Source: Acutalibacteraceae bacterium
Lineage (GTDB): Bacteria; Bacillota; Clostridia; Oscillospirales; Acutalibacteraceae
Length of the DNA stretch: 64,000 nucleotides
Reading direction: 5' to 3'
NCBI GenBank assembly: GCA_045617665.1
Contig: JAZLIZ010000053.1
Coordinates: forward strand, 2,844-66,843
Shown: positions 19,197 through 26,726 of the stretch, piece by piece
How the letters are laid out: each line of letters starts with the position of its first letter
Position numbering within the stretch: position 1 is the first letter of the stretch
The notes under the pieces: model-generated
Seen by the model: only the letters and a program-made list of their open reading frames with translations
What the model was told of the DNA's origin: nothing
Databases searched by the model: none
Made by a program: the position numbers and the translations under genes

Positions 19197-19624
19197 ATAT
19201 CGAACTTATTCCTTTGCATCCCGAAGATAAAGATATATCAGATTTGAAGAAGATACACACTTCCTTGTCTGTTGCAAAATACATTTCCATATCCGAAAAT
19301 TACTTTGACTATGTTACAAATACGGACGGAGTAATTTATTATAAAATAATATGGAACGGTATATTAGCAGGTGGCGTTCATTGTGAATATACAGACGGAA
19401 CAATGTTTATGAGTGTATGTGTTGATGAATTATACCGTCGTCGCGGTATCGCCGAAGCGGCATTAAATCAACTGTTTCTTGCGCCGACAAGCGACGTGGA
19501 TGTGATCGAAGTAAATATTGAAGAAACAAATGTACCGTCACTTTTACTTTTTCAAAAACTCGGTTTTTCAAAAATCGGCAAAGAAGATGAATTGATAACC
19601 CTGCGAAAGTTATTACGACGATAA
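19193..19624 (+). CDS. GNAT family N-acetyltransferase
   Basis: VCVDELYRRRGIAE acetyl-CoA motif A, NVPSLLLFQKLGF motif B; ATGA overlap with the upstream gene. Confidence 0.88.
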   Translation: MNIELIPLHPEDKDISDLKKIHTSLSVAKYISISENYFDYVTNTDGVIYYKIIWNGILAGGVHCEYTDGTMFMSVCVDELYRRRGIAEAALNQLFLAPTSDVDVIEVNIEETNVPSLLLFQKLGFSKIGKEDELITLRKLLRR

Positions 19625-19697
19625 ATCCCGGCTTTTTGAGGTGTACCTTTTACTCGTTCTTACCTTAAAAATGTACCTTTTGGTTGCTCTTATACAG

Positions 19698-19731
19698 AAA
19701 AAAGCATCGACTTTTTGTCGGTGCTTTTTTT
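19698..19731 (+). terminator. Intrinsic terminator after the GNAT gene
   Basis: AAAAAAGCATCGAC-TTTTT-GTCGGTGCTTTTTTT. Confidence 0.75.
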
Positions 19732-19733
19732 CA

Positions 19734-20054
19734 ATGATATCCGTTCCTTGCGGAACGGGTGATATACCTTCGGTATGATATCCACCTGCGGTGGATGATA
19801 TATGCTTCGCATATGAAGGAACGGATAGTATATCATATTTGAGCAAAGCGAAAATATATCATACGGCATCAGCCGTATATCATATTGCCGTAAGGCGATA
19901 TATCATTAAATGTTCAATATCATCCGCCGTCAGGCGGTATATCATCAAAGGCGGCTTGCCGCCTTTGTATCTCATCACGGCATCAACCGTGTATTTTTTT
20001 GCGGCTTGATGATATACAACGCTTTGCGTTGATGATATATAAGGCTTCACCTTG
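19734..20054. repeat. Mosaic hairpin array 2: about 12 palindromic units with (A)TATCAT / ATGATAT(A) linkers, related to array 1
   Basis: ccgttccTTGCggaacgg, ccaccTGCggtgg, acggcATCAgccgt, ccgccGTCAggcgg, caaaggcggCTTGccgcctttg, caacgcTTTgcgttg; its 3' part parallels array 1 unit by unit. Confidence 0.88.
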
Positions 20055-20141
20055 ATTTTACAAGAGCTCAACGCAATCCGTCAATTTGTCGGGAATATCT
20101 TTTTTGTTCGTAATCATAAATAAAGTCAATCATAAATTAAA

Positions 20142-20165
20142 GCCACCCGTTTTGTGACGGGTGGT
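20142..20165. terminator. Hairpin left of the CRISPR array (could terminate a minus-strand pre-crRNA)
   Basis: GCCACCCGT-TTTGTG-ACGGGTGGT in AT-rich context. Confidence 0.55.
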
Positions 20166-20240
20166 TATGAATTTTTATAAGCATTATTGATTGGCAGTGG
20201 CGAAAATAAGTTACAGATGTTGAAAAATGAAATATATTAA

Positions 20241-20371
20241 CTGTAAGTTTATCAATATCCATCATAGGGCTAAAACATAACCGGTGTCGTGCAAATCAAT
20301 TTTGTTGTGTAAGTTTATCAATATCCATCATAGGGCTAAAACTGAGGCGTGACATCTTAAAGCAATTTTGG
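20241..20371 (-). CRISPR. Orphan type II CRISPR mini-array: two 36-nt repeats (GTTTTAGCCCTATGATGGATATTGATAAACTTACAC/G on the minus strand) with spacers of 30 and 29 nt
   Basis: Repeats at 20241-20276 and 20307-20342 (35/36 identical); spacers at 20277-20306 and 20343-20371; GTTTTAG start and 36/30 geometry typical of type II. Confidence 0.9.
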
Positions 20372-20493
20372 GTGTAAGTTTATCAATATCCATCAATAGT
20401 TCTAAGATAAGGCAATATGCCGTAGGGTATGGTGGTATCCTGACAAATGTCTAATCCACCGAATTATTACAGCCTGATAGGCTGTATTTTTTT
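20372..20493 (+). ncRNA. tracrRNA (anti-repeat, nexus, 3' hairpins, poly-U)
   Basis: 24 nt perfectly complementary to the repeat 3' part, bulge, CUAAGAU pairing with GUUUUAG (lower stem), AAGGCAAUAUGCC nexus resembling the SaCas9-type AAGGCAAAAUGCC, terminal TACAGCCT/AGGCTGTA hairpin + T7. Confidence 0.85.
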
Positions 20494-20715
20494 ATCTTTT
20501 TTATATATTCTTTTTCTAATTCAATCGCCTTTTCCGGGGCGGTAATTTTCATTTCTCCGGCAAAGGTGAAGAGCCAGCCCCAAAATGTTGGGCTAATTTG
20601 CACATCAACCTTTGTGGTGCAAGTGTTGCCGTTTGCTTTTATTTTTGTGTTATAGCTGAATTCATCATAAATAACAGGAATCAGCTTGCGGTCAAATTCA
20701 AGGGTAACCGCCGAG
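20451..20715 (-). pseudogene. 3' remnant of a WYL-domain transcriptional regulator (WCX domain only)
   Basis: VTLEFDRKLIPVIYDEF...VDVQISPTFWGWLFTFAGEMKITAPE resembles the C-terminal WCX domain of clostridial WYL proteins; no HTH or WYL part and no plausible RBS/start. Confidence 0.7.
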
Positions 20716-21156
20716 CCTCCACAGAGTTGCAGAAAGCAGGTTGCCGTATTTTTTGCTGTCATAAATCTGCTTTACTATTTCGTATTCGCTCCAGAAACGC
20801 AGACACTGTGCAACCATATATTTGACATTGTTTTCCTCTGCGGTTTTGTAGAGCAAGTCAACATCATCCTCGTTAAGAGAAACGGGCTTTTCGGAGAGCA
20901 CATTTATTCCCTTTTTCATTGCTCTTACGGCGTACTCTGCGTGCAGATATGTGGGCAGGCAGATATCAAGAATATCAATCTCGTTTTCATCCGTCATTTT
21001 ATCAAAATCGGTATATTTCTTTTCAACATCGTATCTTTCGGCTTTTTCGGGCAGAATATCGCAAACCGCAACAACCTCAACATCATCCATCGCAAGCCAG
21101 TTAGGCACATGAGCACCGCTGATTCCGCCGCATCCTATAACCGCAACCTTTAGCAT
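20698..21156 (-). pseudogene. Truncated Gfo/Idh/MocA oxidoreductase (N-terminal Rossmann domain only)
   Basis: VAVIGCGGIS, ICLPTYLH, SEKPV motifs; stops at 152 aa where the family is usually over 300 aa; good GGAGG RBS. Confidence 0.8.
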
Positions 21157-21283
21157 TATAAATTTACCTCCGTTATTTTAGCGTATATTATAATCTTTAT
21201 CGCAGTTTTATTCAATAATTTTATTGATATTCAGGTGAAATATTGCTATTATATTTTCCATAAAGCACGGAGGTTTTGGTTCT

Positions 21284-22324
21284 ATGGAAAAGCCTGTTTT
21301 GAAATTCAACAATGAGGGAAAATTCAGAATACTTATGGTTTCCGATTTTCACTCTGCAAAAAACAAAAAACTGCCGGAGGATTATTCCGGCAAGATGATA
21401 AAGGGCATTGATGCTCTTATTGAAAATACGAATCCCGATTTTGTTTTTATCGGCGGTGACCAGTGCATAGATGCTTCTTCAATTGAGGAAGCAAAAGCAG
21501 AAATGTCAAGACTGATTGAGCCTGTTTTGAGAAGAAAGCTTCCGTGGGCTGCCTGCTTCGGTAATCACGATAATGAAATCGGCTTGCCTGTCTGCGAAGA
21601 AGAAAAGGCTTATGAAATGATACCGGGCTGTCTTAATGAGGCAGGGGATGAAGAAATAGACGGAACAGGCAATTTTCGTATTCCCGTTTATGATAAAGAT
21701 GGTAAAGAGCTTAAATTCAATCTTTTTGCCCTTGATTCTCACAGAGAAATAACGGATTTGATTGAAAAATTCAATCTTGATAAGGATACCTGCTTTATTT
21801 TGCCACACCATTTTAACGAGAACGCAACAGGCTGTACTCCCACATTTGAACAGGTTATGTGGTACTATAATACCTCAAAGCAGATTGAAAAGGAGCAGGG
21901 CAAAAAAATCCCTGCGATTATGTTTATGCATATCCCTCTGCCGGAGCTTCTGCATATTTTCAGAAATCCGGAGCAGTGTGATGCAACAGGCAACAAGAGA
22001 GAGGCAAGCGGATGCTGTGAGCTTAATTTCGGCTTGTTCGGTGCGGCTCTGCAAAGAGGAGATGTTAAGGGCTTTTTCTTCGGCCATGAGCATCTGATTG
22101 ATATACAGGGTAAATACTGCGGAATTACCATGGCACAGGATGCCGCAATCGGCTATAATATGTCTGCCCACGATGATTTAAGAGGGGGCAGGGTGATTGA
22201 CCTTTTTGAGGACGGAGCTCTTGAAACAAGAGCAGTTAAGCTGATTGATATTCTCGGCAGAGAGGCTATGCGCCGCCGGGATTATTTTGAGGGCGGATGC
22301 AAATATTTCATCAGAGATTTATAA
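21284..22324 (+). CDS. Metallophosphoesterase (Dcr2/purple acid phosphatase-like)
   Basis: VSDFH, GGDQ, WAACFGNHD, FMHIPLPE, FFGHEH. Confidence 0.85.
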   Translation: MEKPVLKFNNEGKFRILMVSDFHSAKNKKLPEDYSGKMIKGIDALIENTNPDFVFIGGDQCIDASSIEEAKAEMSRLIEPVLRRKLPWAACFGNHDNEIGLPVCEEEKAYEMIPGCLNEAGDEEIDGTGNFRIPVYDKDGKELKFNLFALDSHREITDLIEKFNLDKDTCFILPHHFNENATGCTPTFEQVMWYYNTSKQIEKEQGKKIPAIMFMHIPLPELLHIFRNPEQCDATGNKREASGCCELNFGLFGAALQRGDVKGFFFGHEHLIDIQGKYCGITMAQDAAIGYNMSAHDDLRGGRVIDLFEDGALETRAVKLIDILGREAMRRRDYFEGGCKYFIRDL

Positions 22325-22336
22325 GGAGAAAACAAA

Positions 22337-22600
22337 ATGGACGGCAACCGCTCAACCTATTTTTTACAGGCGGATGAAATAGACCACCTTACAATCAGAT
22401 ATACGGATTTCGGTGAAAAGCTCAATAAGAAAAAGGCAACGGAAATGATACATTTTTATAATGATATTTATTCCGCCGTTTCCGAAAAATTAAAGGCTTA
22501 TGAGTTATCCTTTGAAGCCCTTGACCGTTATTCCGAAAAGGAATTATATGACATTCTTGTAATAATCAGAACGGTTTTGCTTGAACTGGCGAGAATATAA
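22337..22600 (+). CDS. Hypothetical protein
   Basis: AAGGAG RBS; immediately follows the previous gene. Confidence 0.6.
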   Translation: MDGNRSTYFLQADEIDHLTIRYTDFGEKLNKKKATEMIHFYNDIYSAVSEKLKAYELSFEALDRYSEKELYDILVIIRTVLLELARI

Positions 22601-22620
22601 CTTCTTCATTGACAGCATAC

Positions 22621-23211
22621 CTATATAGAGAAAATTCTCTTTCTTATTGCTGGTACTCTTATTAAAACGAATACCACAACTGCGGTTATTATAAATTCCG
22701 GCAGCAGATATATTCCGTTGTAGCAGAGGGAATAAAGAACAGGGGCATTTTCAAAGGTTGAGCCGAAAAGCTCCCACTGCTCAAGGTTTGTGAATATAAT
22801 GCAGCCGGAGAGAAAGTGGGAAGCAAAGCGTAAAAGCACGGCAATAAACAGCCCTGCAATTATTCCGGCTGTTCCCTTTTTTTTGAAAATTCCGGCAATG
22901 CCCAAAACCGTGTAAGCGACAATGTAATCAAACAGAATACAGCCTATGAGCATATTGGCATTTAAGCCCCAGCCGAGCAGACCGCTCATTGTTATGCCGA
23001 AAATAAGCTGAAAAACAGAATCGGCAAAGGCTGAAAGAAAGCCCCATTTTAAGCCGTGCCTGATTGAAACAAGGCAGACGGGCAGCATACTCACAAGGGT
23101 AACACCGCCGCCGAGCGGCATTTGCCATACCTTTATCAGAGATAAAACAACGGACATTGCAACAAGAATTGAGCTTTCTGCAAGTATATTGATTGGATTT
23201 TTACTTTTCAT
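22621..23211 (-). CDS. thiT: Energy-coupled thiamine transporter S component ThiT
   Basis: MPLGGGVTLVSMLP, LFDYIVAY, RFASHFLSG, YSLCYNGIY; TPP riboswitch upstream. Confidence 0.92.
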   Translation of the reverse strand: MKSKNPINILAESSILVAMSVVLSLIKVWQMPLGGGVTLVSMLPVCLVSIRHGLKWGFLSAFADSVFQLIFGITMSGLLGWGLNANMLIGCILFDYIVAYTVLGIAGIFKKKGTAGIIAGLFIAVLLRFASHFLSGCIIFTNLEQWELFGSTFENAPVLYSLCYNGIYLLPEFIITAVVVFVLIRVPAIRKRIFSI

Positions 23212-23239
23212 ATTTTCCTCGATTTCAGCAGGTGAAAAA

Positions 23240-23272
23240 CAAAATGACCGCCGGAAGACCGACGGCCATTAA
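23240..23272 (-). terminator. Expression-platform terminator of the TPP riboswitch
   Basis: Minus strand ATGGCCGTCGG-TCTT-CCGGCGGTCAT followed by TTTGTTTT. Confidence 0.7.
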
Positions 23273-23283
23273 ACTTTTATCTG

Positions 23284-23364
23284 TCTTCCTACGCCGGCAT
23301 TATCCGTTTCAGGTTAAAGGGTTCGCATTCTGCATCTCAGCCGACTTTCAGTCAGCACCCCTGC
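23284..23364 (-). promoter_or_regulatory. TPP riboswitch aptamer
   Basis: Minus strand GGGGTGC..GGCTGAGA..ACCCTTTAACCTGAAACGGATAATGCCGGCGTAGGAAG matches the THI-box consensus. Confidence 0.93.
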
Positions 23365-23413
23365 TTTTTTATTTGTCTGAATTTTATCATAAGAAAAAGA
23401 ACTTGTCAACGGC

Positions 23414-24517
23414 TTATTGCATATTTTCGCTGTTTCTGTGTCTTTCCTGTGCAAAAGAGCCGTTACGGTCAATTTCCATTTTAACATAGCCCTGAAGCCA
23501 GTCTTTTTCTTCATAACCGAGCTTGCTTTCGGCGGTGTATGAGCCGTAACCGGAGGGCTGAAGATAACTCAGCAGTATTCCTTCATATTCAAAGCCGAAA
23601 TCGTTCAGATGGTCATGGCCGAAGAATACAGCCTGTGTTGAGCCCATAATTCTGATTGCTTCAAATAAGCCGGAATCAAAGCCGGATTCACAAATGCCCT
23701 CTCTCTTTTCACCGTAAAGGAACTGACGGCTTTCGTATTGCTGTTCCACCTGAGGCAGGGGAATATGAATAACCATTATTGATTTGAAATCACCGTATGC
23801 AAGCTTTGTTGAGCTGACCTTGTCGGTGTACCATTTAATCTGTGAGGTTTTAACGCCGTCATAGGGGTCTTCATCATCGGGAATGCCGTATTCCGCCTTT
23901 GTATCGGGCAGAACCTCATCGCCCGTATCAAGGAAGAAGAAGCTTTCACAGAGGGTGTTATCGCTGTTGAGAATGTTTAACTGATAGTTGCCGTCACCCC
24001 ATATATCCTCCGGGCCCTCAAGCATAAGGCAATGGTCATAGGATGAAAAGACATCAATCATTTCCGAACGGTTGAGTGAGGTGCTGTTATCTCCCTCGTG
24101 GTTACCGTGACAGCCTGCCCAGTAAACACCGAGATTTTCAAAAATCTGTGCAAGCTGATTACATCTTTTTTTGTTGAAGCCGGAGGTGACGGTATCACCG
24201 CCGAAAATAACAAGGTCGGGTTTTTCTTTAACAATGTTATTTACGATATTTGCAACCGTAATTTTCGAGGTTTTGTTTTTTCCGTCAAGGTGAATATCGG
24301 TAAAGAAAAGCACCTTTATTTTTTCTTCTCCCTTGTTGCGGACTGTAACGGTATCCTCTGTTTTCGAAACAACCTCAAGGTTATCTGTGACAATGCTCTG
24401 AATTGATTCAATATCGTAATTCAGAGGGTGGGGCAAAAAAGAATAGCCTATACTGCCGCCGATTATGAGAAGAACGAGAATAACTGCCGGGATAATGATT
24501 TTTAACTTCTTTTTCAT
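23414..24517 (-). CDS. Membrane-anchored metallophosphoesterase (Dcr2-like)
   Basis: N-terminal TM helix, FTDIH, FGGDT, WAGCHGNHE, HIPLP, FFGHDHLND. Confidence 0.85.
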   Translation of the reverse strand: MKKKLKIIIPAVILVLLIIGGSIGYSFLPHPLNYDIESIQSIVTDNLEVVSKTEDTVTVRNKGEEKIKVLFFTDIHLDGKNKTSKITVANIVNNIVKEKPDLVIFGGDTVTSGFNKKRCNQLAQIFENLGVYWAGCHGNHEGDNSTSLNRSEMIDVFSSYDHCLMLEGPEDIWGDGNYQLNILNSDNTLCESFFFLDTGDEVLPDTKAEYGIPDDEDPYDGVKTSQIKWYTDKVSSTKLAYGDFKSIMVIHIPLPQVEQQYESRQFLYGEKREGICESGFDSGLFEAIRIMGSTQAVFFGHDHLNDFGFEYEGILLSYLQPSGYGSYTAESKLGYEEKDWLQGYVKMEIDRNGSFAQERHRNSENMQ

Positions 24518-24585
24518 AGTTACACCTGCTTTCAAAAACACCGCCATCTGATGATGACGGTGTGGCTGATGAAAATTTGCTGAGC

Positions 24586-24837
24586 TTACTTAATGAAAAG
24601 TACAATAAGGGTTGCAAGAAGAGAAAGAACAAAGAAAACAACTGCAAGAGCTTTTGTAATCTTAACAAGCTTCTGCTCCATTGTTCTGCCCTTGTTTTTG
24701 CCGAGGAAGGTTTCGGCACCGCCTGCAATTGCACCGGAAAGGCCCTGTGTTTTGCTTTCCTGCATAAGAACGACGATAACAAGAACAATTGATGCTGCCA
24801 AAAGAACGGCACCGAGAACGATTTCATACCAAGCCAT
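24586..24837 (-). CDS. secG: Preprotein translocase subunit SecG
   Basis: VLMQESKTQGLSGAIAGGAETFLGKNKGR, two TM helices. Confidence 0.95.
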   Translation of the reverse strand: MAWYEIVLGAVLLAASIVLVIVVLMQESKTQGLSGAIAGGAETFLGKNKGRTMEQKLVKITKALAVVFFVLSLLATLIVLFIK

Positions 24838-24876
24838 ATTTTATTCCTCCAATCAGTTCGCTTAAATACTTGGTTG

Positions 24877-24905
24877 ATTTTAACATACAAGATTGATAAA
24901 TGCAA
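24877..24905 (-). promoter_or_regulatory. Sigma-A promoter of secG
   Basis: TTGCAT, 17 bp, TAAAAT, with TG extension. Confidence 0.65.
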
Positions 24906-25035
24906 GTGCTTTTTTCTTATAAGGCAACATTTATGGTATATTTTATTGCCGAAATATAAAAATTACGCATTTTTATTGAGTTTTTTGTCTGTTTTTGATA
25001 CAATAACCCACAGTTTATGAATTGAGGTTGAACAG

Positions 25036-25254
25036 ATGAAAATTGATTTCAATAATCCGGCTGTAAAAAAAGCCGTAAAGACGGCTGCCTGTGCAGGAGC
25101 TGAAAAGCTTACGAAAAAGGTGATTCCGTCAGTTACAAAAAAGGTGTTTGAATCTGCCGTTAAAAATGCCTGCACCACAGCCCTCTGCATTGCCGTGCTG
25201 AATGTGACCGTGCCGGTTGCCGTTGGTGCAATAAAAAGCATTGCGGCATCTTAA
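25036..25254 (+). CDS. Small Ala/Lys-rich hypothetical protein
   Basis: GAGGT RBS; fills the gap between genes on the opposite strand; no recognised motif. Confidence 0.5.
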   Translation: MKIDFNNPAVKKAVKTAACAGAEKLTKKVIPSVTKKVFESAVKNACTTALCIAVLNVTVPVAVGAIKSIAAS

Positions 25255-25943
25255 AGCTTTTCGAGGATTTCAGGCTCTGCCGTTAAATCGTGGCGCTTGT
25301 AGTTATCGTTTGCATCAAAAAACCATACCTTTGCATCTGGTCTTTTGGGGCAGACCATAATTGAATATTTACCGTTCCTGCATACAAAAGCCGTGTCGTT
25401 TTCACAGGCTATGGATGACAGGGGCGTTTTGTTTGCGTAATTATCAAACTGATGCCAGAATTCGCCCTCATAATGGGGAACATTGTTATATGGAATAAGG
25501 TCAAGGCAGTCTATAAACATAAAGTCGCCTCTCGGTCCGCAGTCATCAAAGCCCTGCTTAAACCAGCACATACTGCCGGAGGAGGAGCCGAAGAGAATTG
25601 CACCTCTGTTATATGCCTCACGGAGATATTTTACTGCATTTGTTCTGTTCCATACATCAAGGCAGAATTTGAGATTTCCGCCGGGCACATTGATTAAATC
25701 CGCCTGAGAAATAAGCTTTGCAACCGTTTCTTCCGTAAGGCAGGGGTCGGTGAGCTTAAGAATATAACAGTCACAGCCCATCTTGCTGTAAACATTTATA
25801 TCACCTGTTGAATCGTCATAGCAGGTGGTGGGAATTGTGAGAAAAACAGGCGTTTTTTTGCCCGTTTCTTTAATTAACTTTTCGGCAAGGTCCCAGCAGT
25901 ATTCACCGTCAAAGCCTCCGCCCATTGCAATGATTGTGCCCAT
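25251..25943 (-). CDS. Peptidase E / S51 family (class I glutamine amidotransferase-like)
   Basis: IIAMGGG, VPGGN, GSSSGSMCWF, PHY. Confidence 0.85.
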   Translation of the reverse strand: MGTIIAMGGGFDGEYCWDLAEKLIKETGKKTPVFLTIPTTCYDDSTGDINVYSKMGCDCYILKLTDPCLTEETVAKLISQADLINVPGGNLKFCLDVWNRTNAVKYLREAYNRGAILFGSSSGSMCWFKQGFDDCGPRGDFMFIDCLDLIPYNNVPHYEGEFWHQFDNYANKTPLSSIACENDTAFVCRNGKYSIMVCPKRPDAKVWFFDANDNYKRHDLTAEPEILEKL

Positions 25944-25946
25944 CTT

Positions 25947-26726
25947 TTATGCCTCCAAGCTCTGCATAAATGCCCAGGATTCTTCAACAGCCTTAAACGG
26001 GTCGCCATCAACCCAGTCAATATCCTGCTCATACATAATATAGGGAATTTCCATTTCACATGCAAGGTCATAAATTGCTTTAAGGTCAACATAGCCTCTG
26101 CCGAGAGAAACGAAACGGCGTACGCCCTCTTCATCAAAAATATAATCCTTGAAATGGAGAACCTTTATTCTGCCCTTCATCTTCTTAAGAACCTCAACGG
26201 GGTCCTGACCTGCATAGTGAATCCACGCAACATCGGGAATAAAATTGAAATATTCCGGGTCGGTTTCCTTAAGAAGAAGGTCCATCATATTGTATTTCAT
26301 ATCGTCCAGGCGGTAAAATTCAAAGGCGTGGTTATGATAGTTAAAGGTCATACCGTTTTCCTTAAGCTTTTTACCTATTTCATTAGCCTGCGCAATAAAC
26401 TTGCGGACATTTCCTCTGTTACCTCTGCTTTCGGAGGGAGCGGAGCCGATGCCCATTGCATCACAGTCGATTGCCTTATGCTCTTCAATCATTGTGTCAA
26501 GGTCTGTGAGCATTCTGTCAAAGCCCTTATGGGTGATGCAAACCTTCATATTATGCTTTCTGACAATTTCACCCTGAATTTCGGCAGGGAAATCGCCTAT
26601 GCCGGAAATCTGAATATCCTTAACTCCGAGCTTTTCAAGGCGCTCAAGAGTTTTGTCAAAATCCTCTGCATTGTCTATGTGGTCACGAAGCGTGTAGAGC
26701 TGAATGCCCATTACCGGTTTTTTCAT
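25947..26726 (-). CDS. Sugar phosphate isomerase/epimerase
   Basis: GIQLYTLRD, FNYHNHAFEF, LHFKD, YEQD. Confidence 0.88.
   Translation of the reverse strand: MKKPVMGIQLYTLRDHIDNAEDFDKTLERLEKLGVKDIQISGIGDFPAEIQGEIVRKHNMKVCITHKGFDRMLTDLDTMIEEHKAIDCDAMGIGSAPSESRGNRGNVRKFIAQANEIGKKLKENGMTFNYHNHAFEFYRLDDMKYNMMDLLLKETDPEYFNFIPDVAWIHYAGQDPVEVLKKMKGRIKVLHFKDYIFDEEGVRRFVSLGRGYVDLKAIYDLACEMEIPYIMYEQDIDWVDGDPFKAVEESWAFMQSLEA

Noticed and set aside
18599-20054. Hairpin arrays as CRISPR arrays or as a DGR
   Set aside because: The constant part is only 8 nt and the variable part is palindromic. There is no reverse transcriptase or template/variable repeat pair with adenine-specific mismatches in the window.
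20241-20342. Type VI-D (Cas13d) array, suggested by the + strand repeat ending CTAAAAC and the nearby WYL gene
   Set aside because: The repeat lacks the strong internal stem of Cas13d repeats, and a matching tracrRNA indicates type II.
20372-20408. Third, degenerate CRISPR repeat
   Set aside because: The divergence is not random decay: it reproduces the bulge and G-U lower stem of a tracrRNA and is followed by a nexus and terminator, so it is annotated as an anti-repeat.
18530-21200. attR duplication of the tRNA-Ser 3' end
   Set aside because: Only a weak CAAGAGnTCAA similarity near 20061 was found, which is not enough to call an att site.
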